Shown: positions 53,401-64,000 of the stretch, piece after piece
Layout: every line of letters starts with the position of its first letter
Position numbering within the stretch: position 1 is the first letter of the stretch
NCBI GenBank assembly: GCA_050084985.1
Contig: JBITNC010000001.1
Coordinates: forward strand, 64,914,001 to 64,978,000
Direction: 5' to 3'
From: Nageia nagi
Lineage: Eukaryota > Plantae > Pinophyta
DNA: 64,000 bases
Made by a program: the position numbers and the translations under genes
Notes under the pieces: model-generated
What the model was told of the DNA's origin: nothing
What the model saw: the letters and a program-made list of their open reading frames with translations, nothing else
Databases searched by the model: none

Positions 53401-54130
53401 CAACTTTTAAAGTTTTTTGGAATTGTAATGATTCTATAGTTGGTTTTATCTTAAGTTGGAGTCCTCCTTTTAGAAGCACTACATTATGTATAGTATGGAA
53501 TCTTAGCCTATCACAATTTTTAAGAGCATATAGAAATAATGTAATAATATGGATTTTAAAAACATAGAGCACATTGAGAATGAATTTTGGAATTTAAGAA
53601 TTAGGAATGTAGTCATGGAAAATTTATTAATCATCCCTTTCAAGCCAAATCTTGAATTAGATCATGAGGAAAGGACAAATACTATGTGGGGAATCATTCA
53701 AAAATGATATCTACTATGGAGGTGATGGAGAACAGGTATTTAGTCAAATAAATCCCCCCTTTTGGGCTAGGTAAAACTGAATCTTGATAGGGCCTCCAAA
53801 GGCAATCCAAGAGAGTCTAGAGAAAGGGAAATTATTTAAGGTTATCAAGTTAAATTCCTTTAGAATTTTGTTGAGAATATTGGGCATAAAACTAGTTACT
53901 TTATGGAATTTAAGGCTATGTTCCAAGAGGGAAGGTAATTTTGACAATTCATCATTGAAGAAGACTCCTTAAACATAATTAACACTTTTAAAGAAACCTA
54001 AAAACCTAGTTGGATTCAAAAAAGGATATTTGATGAGATTAAGACTTAGCTTTTCAAATTATGAGATACTAGTTTAAATACATTTACAAGGAAGGGAATA
54101 TGATAGTAGAATACCTAAAAAATCAAATCC
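50453..54130 (+). pseudogene. LINE ORF2 remnant (endonuclease, RT, zf-RVT, RNase H)
   Basis: MLIVSWNIRGL at 50453; GLRKGGLLYPLLFI..ISHQ*FMNDT; IPKINLFFGL..NILIIDN..KRG; KLNLDRASKGNP..IEEDSLNIIN..HIYKEGN. Confidence 0.87.
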
Positions 54131-54731
54131 TTCTTTAAAAAGAAATATCTATATAGAGAAACCTAATCCTCAAAAATCACTCTAGGGTGGTAACCTTTAA
54201 TTTTAATAATGGATTAAAGTATCCTTTTAACCTCTAATAAGGTAGAATAGAGATATCCATGTTTGGATATTGAGATGACTCAATTTGTTAGAAAAGGTAT
54301 AACCTCATACTTAGAAAGTATCATTCCCTCAAAAATTTCATGTATGATGTGGGAAAAAATATCCTAGGGAAACAAAATAATATTATTTTTAATACGATGA
54401 GAATAAAGGGATCTAGATACTCCATGAGACCATTTTATTGATAAGAAAAGACTTTTTCACTTATTAAAATGAATTTCTAGGCATTAATTCCCCTTGGGAA
54501 TGTTAGTAGTATTATACCTTATACATCATCATAAGATTTCATGGTTTAAATGGAGCATTTAAAAGTATCAATTTGAATGTGTAAAGGTATAATATTACAT
54601 CACATTCAACACATGGATTAGTTTTCTTAAAATCTCTCAAGGGAACGTTAATAAATCATGCTCTCAAGATTTGGATGTATTCATCATATTTTTTTTTTTT
54701 TTTTTGTTTCACTTTATCCATCTATTTTGCA

Positions 54732-55970
54732 ATGGAAACAAGAAGGATGGATCCTACAAGTTTGGTGTCAAACAAGGAGGTTAAAGTAGTTTTAGAAAAA
54801 TGGGACCTATGAAATTTATTGAAGAAGCTCCTACCTTCTAATTTGGAGGAGGTTTGCACCATAGCTTGATCATGAAAGGTTTAAAAACTTATTGTTCTTG
54901 GGCTAAAGCTTCATATTACAATGGAAATTCTATTGGAGGTATCAATATTAGAAATAAATGGCATCAATATGATTTTTACAAAGAATTATTTGACAATTAA
55001 ATTGGATCTCTTCCATAAGTAACAAGGAGAATGTAGCATCCTTTATATTTAAATTTATTTCATGGTTATCAATGATACTCCCTTCTAGATCCATGGGGAA
55101 GGTGATCTTTATAATTCTATAATTTATTACCTTTTAAGTGAGCCAAAATATAGTTAGTATTTTTCATATTTATTTCTTGAATCAAATACATAGAAAATAG
55201 TTGATTAATATTCCTTTATTTCTTTACAAGTCAACATAAAAGTCTACCATCACTTTACAAAAGGGTAAGCTAGCATCCACCAAGAACATAGGACTACTCA
55301 CTTTTTTTTCAATGCATATAAGATAAATGGGAAATCAATAGTACTAGTTACACTCCTAGGAAATTAATTTTATTTTGTTCCTTTAGAAAGTTAGGTATAG
55401 GGTCAAAATTCCTTCCAAAAATTCTCCTTCATAGGTAAATAATGCATTAAAAATTATTGAATTAGAAATTTTTTATGGTGATAAGGAGCCTAATGATATT
55501 TAAGATTCAATAAAAAATGATAAGGACTCATCTTACACATATACTTATAATGAGATATGGATTTAGAGAGAAATAAATCAATTGGGTATCATCACAAGGA
55601 TTTACCTTCCAAAGTGGAAGATCTCAAAGTTGAAGAGACCCACCATCTATATAAAACAAAGTTGAAATACCTCCATGAGAAAGTGACTATAAATAGCATA
55701 AAGGGCTCATCCTAGAAGTGAAAAGAAGATAAATACCCCTATAGATACTTCAAGAAGGAATAAGGTGAAGAAAAAATGGGAGTCTTCATCAAACTTAAAG
55801 GTTTTGCAAGCTCAACTTGATAATTTATAGAGGAGACCATGAGAGATAATTTATGAATCATTAACTTATCCCACTCACTCAATTAAGAAGACTAATCTGG
55901 CATTCAAATAATTGTAGAAGATTCATATGGTAATTTCTTGTATGAGTCTTTAGTCAAAGGATGCCTAATG
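54732..55970 (+). pseudogene. ORF3-like remnant within the LINE; resembles 'putative plant transposon protein' domains; 3' end approximate
   Basis: METRRMDPTSLVSNKEVKVVLEKWDL*NLLKKL..VLGLKLHITMEILLEVS and PWGKVIFIIL*FIT..HIYFLNQIH..INIPLFLYKS. Confidence 0.55.
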
Positions 55971-57737
55971 AAACGTGAGGATTCATTGCATATATTTTTG
56001 GGGAATATATCCTCGTTCCTTTTTGAATATCATTTGTTTTCACTTAGTTCATTTTATTAATGTTTTGATAGTTAAAATACTTATTTATTTTTATTTGATA
56101 TAGGTAAATACTTTCAAGGACCATAACTAATTAGGGGACTCTTAAAACCCCTATTTTAAATATATATAAAAAACAAGTTATTGGATATTGAAATAAACCT
56201 ATCAAGATAAGAGAAGGGATATATAAAACTTATTATATGATCTTAGAAAATGGATTAAAGACAAAAAATAGGCCACATAGGTAGTTGAAAAATTCCTCAC
56301 AAGATCTCAATTTAGTATTCAATTAGAACTCAATGTCATCGCTACATTCAGGGCCTAGTGTCCAAAGAGGATAATAGAAAAAGGAGATCTACATGCAATA
56401 TTGATCAAATAATATTTTAATTTTAGACCTCTTATTGTATATAGTACATAATATGTAAGGTAATAGAGCTTTTTTGGATGATCAAATATCAAGTCTTGAT
56501 ATATGGTGATTAGAAACATCAATCGTTAGAATATATGTGATATATCAAAACCAATATTCAATTTTATATCTCATACATGTTAGTTTTCCTCTTCAAATAG
56601 ACAAACATATCCTTGGTTTAAGTCATCTTGCATATTGTACATTAATCCTTGCACTACAAAATAAAGAAATACACGAGATAATAAATATATCAAACCAATT
56701 TGATAATATAATATAGATAATATCAAATTAAAGTGCACATATTATCAACTAGATAAAAGATAACTAAGAAAAAAAATAGGTTCTATTTTAGGTGTAAATA
56801 ATGACCTTCACTATATCACATATACTTGAACCATCCATATCCTCATATTTGCATACTTATATCATTCTTATCCATTCATATTTTCCTAGATGTTACTAGT
56901 TGGAGGTGATATTGCATTATATCTAATAGATTCCTCTTCATTGCATGATCATAATACATTCACATTTGGTTATAATATATTGATACTTAATATAAGGATA
57001 CACATATATAAATAAATATGATATAGCAAATACTTATTATCACTTCTACATCATAATTAAAATTTCTTGGTATACTATCATACAACACACACATACTTGT
57101 ATCATATATGCATAAAAAAATAGATATATTCATTTACTATACTTTGAATTTTATCTTTAGTCACATCAAATATAAGATTATAATTGTATATATGTATTTT
57201 TCATGATAATATATTTAAATAAAATATTATATAGAAAGAAAATTCAAGTAAAACATTACAACTCTTAGTGCAAGAAATCCTACCAAAGAAACATTCTCTT
57301 CATTCATATAATTAGGAATATAAGTATGGGATAAATAAATACTCTCTTTTATCATAGATTTAGATGTTTTACATTTCTTTTATATTGTTATGATCATTGA
57401 AGTTGGATAGTTGGTCATGTTTATACATTTATAATATTATTTAATAGTATATTCACAAGGTTAAGAACTTAGTTTTCATACAAATCATCTCATTTGACTT
57501 AACCATGTTAATATTAATTTATATTAAGAACCTAATGTAAACTCTCCCACTTTTCACTTACCTTTAATTTCATTCTCAATATGTGTAATCTTGACAATAT
57601 TAACAAACTTATTGTATTAAAATATAAACTTAATTTTATTTTCAAATATCAAGGAACTAAGGACATGTAAAGGTGTATTTCAATATGAGATATAAAGGTT
57701 TATTTTTATTTACAAGAACATACAACCTTACATCATA

Positions 57738-59102
57738 TGCTGGATAGTGGATCGTGATTCGATCAGAGGACATTGAACACATGCAAAGGATCGGAGTGGA
57801 GACTAGCGCAAACTGGTAGAAGGTGAAGTTAGCCAATTTATCTAGGAAAATGCATGGGCAGAGTTACCCAATGGATTAAAAGTGTTTATTTGATTGTTTG
57901 GGTGGGATAAATTTTATATATTAATGTATTTGTAAATTCTTAAATAGGGTATGTCTATTAGGAAAAATGTAGTGCTATGAGAGCACTTGGAGAGCATGGG
58001 AGAATGCTTTGACATGATACCATGAGAGCATTATAAAGGGGCCTAAAATGGTTATGTCTATCTTTGTATTCATCCATTGTAAGATTATGTGAGAGGTTAC
58101 ATAGTGACAGTGTAGATATCTTATATACATGTAGCATTAGTTGGAGGATACATGGTGATAGGGGAGCTTGTTGTAGAGCTCAAGGATGATTTCTTGTAGT
58201 AATGTTGTAGTCATAGTAGAGTGACTATGTTGTGAGGGAGAAGAAGCTCATGAGCGATAATGTTGGAGTGATGAGGAGGAGATGTTATAGCTATATATGA
58301 ATGTTGCTAATGGAATCTTAATGAATGTACATTGTATTGTTGTTGTTAATACAATGAATACTAGGTCTACATTTCTTTAGGATGTAGGCCACAGTATTGG
58401 ATGAACCTTGTCATATGATTGTGTTCTTATATTGCATGGTCTTATTTTCTTCTACTATTACTACTCATGTATACTTTCTCATGACAATATTGTTAAGGTC
58501 TATTATTAATAGAAGAAACCCAACAATTAGTATCAAAGGTTTACGTTGTTGGGTACTTAACATATCTTATGAATTTTGGTTTGAGTGGGAGCTATAGGAG
58601 CTTTAGCAAAAGAAGAATATGGATTTCTAGTATATTTAGCAAATTTGAGATCATATTTAAGACTTGGGGAAATCAAATATGTAAAAAGAGAAATTGATCA
58701 CTTCTCTTTATTTTATCCCTTAGTTTTCTATATAGCTTGGAATTGGAAAGGGGTTTTCAATGTATTTTTCTTGATTGTAGAAAACCAGAAGATTAGTGAA
58801 GCAATGGGAGCAATGAACAAAAGAATAAGGTAGATTAGCTAGTTACTTGATGATCACTTGAAAAGGTATGAGATTAACACTAATCCAATGTGGTGGGTCA
58901 AAGAATGGTGAAAGTATAATTTGGAATAGGTGAATATCTTTGGTGTGGCTTGAATATGATATTTAGTATATTCAACAATGGTAGAGATGTTGTGAATTAG
59001 TCTCCAAGTAGAAGGTTCCTGGGTAGTGGATCCTGATTTGAATGGAGGGTATGGAATACATGCAAAGTATCGATGAGAATACTAACACAAACTGGTATAA
59101 GG
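57738..59102 (+). mobile_element. Short non-autonomous LTR element (TRIM-like or internally deleted Copia); second LTR interrupted
   Basis: LTR 57738-58525 (tg..aaca); decayed iMet PBS tagtatcaaagg; 491-bp interior; PPT-like ctccaagtagaagg; LTR copy starting at 59017. Confidence 0.72.
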
Positions 59103-59186
59103 TGATGAAATTAACCCTTTCTAAATTAACTTCTAATCTACCAAGATCTCAAGAAGGCACTTACAACATCAACACAATAACATAAT

Positions 59187-59675
59187 TGATGGAATTAGGA
59201 CTACACTAATCCTCAAGGTCCAAAACTATAGGAAACTTAATCATTCAACATCTACAAGCTAATAACACCATTCACACAAGATAACACCAATATAAGTGGT
59301 TCCTCCCTCCTTGGGAGTACATCCACAACTAGATCTCAATTCTCAAACTATGCACCCTCTTACTACAATTCCTTTCTCTCCTACACAAACTAGTAGAGTA
59401 ATCTTACTCAAAATCTAAGTTCTATTACAAGAGGAGAGGCCCTCTATTTATAGCATGAGAGCACCTCCCTAACCTCCCTTTAACCCAAGGGTAAGGTTAG
59501 GGTTACAATAAATATATTACCTAACTTTAACCTACCAACTAACCACTTGGTAAGGTCAAACTTTACATAATAAAGAATTCAATTAATCCCTTAAGGTATC
59601 TAAATATCCTTTAAGTGATTAATTGAATTTACAAGGAGTTTAGATATTCACAATATTTCATTACAAATTCTAACA
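59187..59675 (-). mobile_element. Solo LTR inserted into a related LTR
   Basis: tgatggaatt..ttctaaca flanked by the perfect TSD ATAAT (59182-59186 / 59676-59680); homologous to the host LTR. Confidence 0.85.
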
Positions 59676-61099
59676 ATAATAACTCAAGCCAATCTCATAA
59701 ATAACATAAGATATAAAGTGGTTCCTCTCTCCTTAGGAGTACATCCACTAACTAAGATTTTCTTATTCTCAAGGACCTCTCTTACAGAATCTCTCCTCTC
59801 TCTTCAAACTCTAAACTTATAGCAAAGCTTGCATAACAATTGTACTATATGAGAGGGGGGTTCCTCTCTATTTATAAGAAGAAACCCACTATTTAACCTC
59901 CCTTTAATCCATGGGTAAGGTTAAATATATTCCTATAGTTAATCCTTTTTCTATATTTAATACCTTCCCTATTTTTAATCCTTTTCCTATTTTTTATTCC
60001 CTTAATTCTTTAAGGTATCTAAAGATACTTTAAGCATTAAGTGAATTGACATTAAAGAGAAATATTACACAATATTACATTATAAATTCTAACACTTCCC
60101 CTTAATGTAATATTATGATAGAGTATAGAAAAGAGAAGAAAGAGAGAGTAAGAGAGAGTTATCCTCCATAGATATACAAGTGGAGATGAGAACTTTTAAG
60201 TCTTTGAGAAATAAGCAAGATCTTAGTTTGAGACTCACTACAATACCATTTGAAAAAATATTTTACAATACAATTACTAACCATAACTAGTTTCATTGTA
60301 AAGTGTAGTTAATCAACACTAAGTTGACATGTGAGTCTCCATGAGCCTGCCCATCTGAAGTAAGTAGCTTACATTCTTAAGATGAAAGTTATAAGATACA
60401 AGTAGTTTATAACCAAGATAAGTTAGATGCATCATATAAACATTCATATCAATCACAAGGTAAATGAACTAAGTAATGTCATCCATAAATTGATCAATGA
60501 TACACTATAAGTCATCATAAAGGTGCCAAGCTAATACTTATAGTCATCTACTGTATATAGAAACATGTGTTGATCAATAATAAAAAGAGAATATGCATAT
60601 ATGAGTCACTCACATATGGATAACCAAAGAGTGCCAACAAACACATATTGATTCCTCATATAGTATTAATAGAAACCAAAATGTACCATGAGTTCCTCAC
60701 ATAGAGTAAACTAACCACCAAGGTGTACAATAAAATATCCTCCTAGAGATGAAGTTGTCATGAAGAACATGAATTCAAACTTCACTCTCCCTTGAGGAAA
60801 ACTTCACTACCATAAGAAACATTCAAAGTGTGCACAACAAAGTTTATATAGTGGCTAGTGAATAAATCAGAAGAGTCAAAGTTAGATGAATAGAGTTGCA
60901 GTTGTTCCATCAAGAAATTTCTCCTTGATATAATTTGCTTAGGTTTTTGGTGAACTATAAGTCATCACTAATATAGAAAGTTATTACTTATAGTCACCAA
61001 ACAAAGGAAGTTATAAACAAAGTATACAAATCAAAAAAAGTTCAACAACTTTACTAAGAAGGAAGAAGTTACAATGGATTCAATAAGAACTCAACCTTT

Positions 61100-61700
61100 A
61101 CTCTATTTTTGAGGGCAACTTTACCAACCTAATAGATACTCTAAGATTGGAGAATTGAGCTTTAATAAGGGTATTAGTGAATAAATTAGTAGATTTTAAG
61201 ACTAATGGATAATACTATAAGTGTATAAGACCATACAAAACCTTATCTATGATTAAGTGGGCCTGGATTTCTACATTCTTTATTCTTTGATGGAAAACAT
61301 GATTCTTTTTCAAAGAAATAGTTGAATGCTTATTTAAAGAAATTTGATATAGAAAAAAATTCTTCATACCTAATTTATTTCAGAATATGCCTCAACTAAA
61401 TGAATTCTTAGAATGTAATTGATATTGCATGATATTCAACTTCTATGGTGAAGAGAGTAGTAGTAGGTTGGTTCTTGGAAGCCTAAGAAATAGTACCTGA
61501 GATAATTCTAAACACATAAGAAGAGGTTATTTTTATATAATCTCTATCTCCTCTATAGTCAAAATTAGAGAATCCTGAGAGAACAAATGAGGGTAACTTT
61601 TCATACTTGAGAGCAAGATCTTTAGTACCTGCAACATACCTAGAAATTTGCTTAATTACATTAAAGTGCTGAACATATCTAGCTTGGAGATAGTAAAATA
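61100..61700 (-). pseudogene. pol: Copia RT end and RNase H remnant
   Basis: HFNVIKQISRYVAGTKDLALKY..LSGFSNFDYRGDRD..SSYVF..SGTIS*ASKNQPTTTLFTIEVEY. Confidence 0.85.
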
Positions 61701-61782
61701 AAGAAGACTACTAATAAGTTTCCTATAAGCCATAGTGTAGACACTAAAAATAAACACTATTACTAGGTCAGTGCGGGCCTTT

Positions 61783-62560
61783 AAGCTTTATCATTTATTT
61801 CTGGAATGTTATACTGGTTCCGGATCTTTGATCACTCCCGGATGATGTCATCAACTCCGGGACCCGGGCTTTTCTACAATTAAGCTCTATCATTTAATTT
61901 CGGAATGTTATACTGGTTCCGGATCTTCGATCACTCCTGGATGATGTCATCACTTCTGGGACCCAGGCTTTTCTACAATTAAGCTCTATCATTTAGTTCC
62001 AGAATGTTATACTGGTTCCGGATCTTCGATCACTCCCGGATGATGTCATCACTTCTGGGACTCAAGCTTTTCTACAATTAAGCTCTGTCATCTAATTCCG
62101 GGATGTTATACTGGTTCCGGATCTTCGATCACTCCTGGATGATGTCATCACTTTCGGGACCCGGTTTTCACTTAAAATATGAATATCGCTCTCCCCATGA
62201 TGTCATCGTTAGAATTCTGGAATGTTATACTGGTTTCGGATATTTAATCACCTCGGGATGATGTCAGCATTTTCAGGACACGGGTTCACTTAAAATATGA
62301 ATATCATTCTCCCCGTGACATCATCTTCTTAATTCTAGAATGTTATACTGGCTCCAGATATTTGGTCACTCCCTGATGACCTCATCATCTTCCGGGACCC
62401 GGGTTCAGTTAAAACTGTGAACTTTGTTTCCCCTCGTGATGTCATCGTCAGAATTCCAGAATGTTATACTGGCTCCAGATATTTGGTCACTCCCTGATGA
62501 CCTCATCATCTTCAGAACCCGGACTTTTCCACAATTAAGCTTTTAATTTACTTCCAGAAT
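61783..62560. repeat. Tandem array with 99-bp and ~119-121-bp variants
   Basis: (a/g)atgttatactgg anchors at 61805, 61904, 62003, 62102, 62221, 62339 and 62460. Confidence 0.93.
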
Positions 62561-62720
62561 GTGCTATTTCCGGAATGTGCTATTTTTGGAACACTCACTT
62601 CCGGAACACTTATTTCCGGAACACTTATTTCCGGAACACTCACTTCCGGAACACTTATTTCCAGAATACTCACTTCCGAAACACTTTCATTCCAGAACGT
62701 TTTTATTTCGGAACGCTTTT
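62552..62720. repeat. 15-bp minisatellite ttccggaacact(ta/ca)(t/c)
   Basis: About 10 consecutive units; they produce the spurious PEHLF/RNTYF ORFs. Confidence 0.92.
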
Positions 62721-64000
62721 ACTATTGACTCCGGCTTGTTTTGAACTCATGATTGCAGGTAAAGTACCCGGGGTTTCAATAAAGAATTTATTATATTTCA
62801 AACATATATGAAACAGGTGTTTTTTCCGACCCTTATCATTAAAAAATGATAATAGAATGACCATTCTAATGTTAATATATAATCACTAAAAACTCGGTGA
62901 CGATCCTGGAACAGTTAAACAATAAACAAATTTAAGTCCAAAATAGCCGAGTACGTCCAATTTGAAATCATGAATGCAGATCGGAGATAATACCATATTC
63001 AAATTTAGGTCAGGAGGTTACCTGAAATCTTGGGATGATAAACAAATTAATAACAACCTATTGAGCTTATAAATACGAGCTCTGTATGAGAACGCGGGGA
63101 CCCAATTTTTTTAATCTAGCGAAGCTCTGTCGAAATCAAAGCAGGAGATTATTCGTAAAATGGTTGTAAGTTTGATCAATAGCACATCTCATATTAATAT
63201 AACTTCCATATTATGTTATTCATTGGATGATTAATATGTATGAACAGGTATGCTTTTGATGCTTTGTTCATTTTCTGTGTGCAGGGTCAATACAGAAAGG
63301 GGATGACGGAAGTAAACGTAAAAGAGAACAACAAGGAATCGACAAAACACTTCAAAATTCTGTGAAGATTACTCCAGTGCATACAGAGCTGATTGGTGAT
63401 GACTCAAAGATTAGTTTGATGGTGATTCACCAGATAGATAATAAAGACGGATCGTTGTCCATCCATCCACATTGATTGTTATCGATTCGTAGCAATCGCT
63501 GTCAATACTGATTACAATAGATCAATAAAAGCTCGCTTTTTTGTATTCAAATACTTTAGAATATAGTATCATTATTATTATTGATGTGTATTGTCGAGTA
63601 TGTTCATGATAGTTATGTTGAATGATTTATCTGTCTAAATTGCATTTTAGGTGCATAATTTGATGTACACAATCTGGCGCTAGAAGGAGGGCCCCTTGCA
63701 TGCATTTCAGAAAATTAAAGCAAAAATAGGATCAATTGCATATTGTTTTGATTTTATTTTTAAATCTGTTTGCATCTTGTGGAATCAGAAACTAACTTAA
63801 TCTGTTGTTTTGTTGTTGTCTTCTGTGTTCTTCGGATCGACAATAATCCTGTCAAAGTCGTCAACGGTCTCTGAAAAACAAGTATGTATCCTGATCTGAC
63901 CTGAATACAGTAAGTGTAATTAGGCATTTAAAATGACAGTCGGTAAAATTGTGTGTGATCTCTTTACTCAGAGTGCATATAGGAAACGGGTAGTGAAAAG

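Larger units (their letters stand above)
49240..56173 (+). mobile_element. Degenerate L1-clade LINE: ORF1 remnant, ORF2 (APE-RT-zf-RNase H), extra ORF3-like region and A-rich end
   Basis: Ordered plus-strand motifs (see sub-features); terminal hairpin 56132-56153 and A-run 56168-56173; the 5' end was not located. Confidence 0.85.
59103..61735 (-). mobile_element. Copia element 3' part (LTR 59103-60094, PPT, RNase H), related to element 12043-19590
   Basis: Minus strand attacattaaggggaag-tgttagaatttataatg matches 19082-19115; RNase H remnant at about 61100-61700. Confidence 0.8.
61736..64000 (+). mobile_element. Young Ogre/Tat-like LTR, running off the window
   Basis: Starts tgtagacactaaaaataaacact, near-identical to the reverse complement of the LTR end at 3304-3326; interrupts Copia pol; CpG retained. 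Confidence 0.75.

Noticed and set aside
56400-57150. Possible very old Copia RT on the minus strand
   Set aside because: Only faint motif traces; cannot be supported by eye.
61783-62560. CRISPR-like repeat appearance (also 3446-3895 and 17450-17740)
   Set aside because: The sequence between anchors is itself repeated, there are no unique spacers or cas genes, and the context is eukaryotic TE.
62559-62811. PEHLF/RNTYF repeat ORFs
   Set aside because: Translations of a 15-bp minisatellite.

Overview
AT-rich, CpG-depleted plant nuclear DNA (gymnosperm-like by inference from the TE families; species not identifiable), made almost entirely of decayed, nested retrotransposons around one small host-gene island. 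(1) 2133-28354: minus-strand Tat/Ogre-type Ty3/gypsy element (gag-PR-G-patch-RT-RH-aRH-INT) with an antisense plant-mobile-domain ORF and a tRNA-Trp-like PBS. It contains a non-autonomous Copia-like element (12043-19590) and a LINE 3' fragment in its 5' LTR. (2) 31281-31759: CpG-retaining host gene of the small 'YDxxSYxxNFDxG' plant family, split over two frames. (3) About 36972-47690: minus-strand Copia whose gag is split by a complete CRM-type chromovirus (41071-47242, perfect TSD). (4) About 49240-56173: L1-type LINE with RNase H and an extra downstream ORF3-like remnant. (5) 57738-64000: a multi-layer nest of a short LTR element, a Copia, a solo LTR and a young Ogre-like LTR full of tandem repeats. 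All TE ORFs are degenerate. Translations and alignments were done by eye and family assignments come from remembered motifs, not database searches. I found no clearly new biological system. The best candidates are the LINE ORF3 and the TE cargo ORFs.
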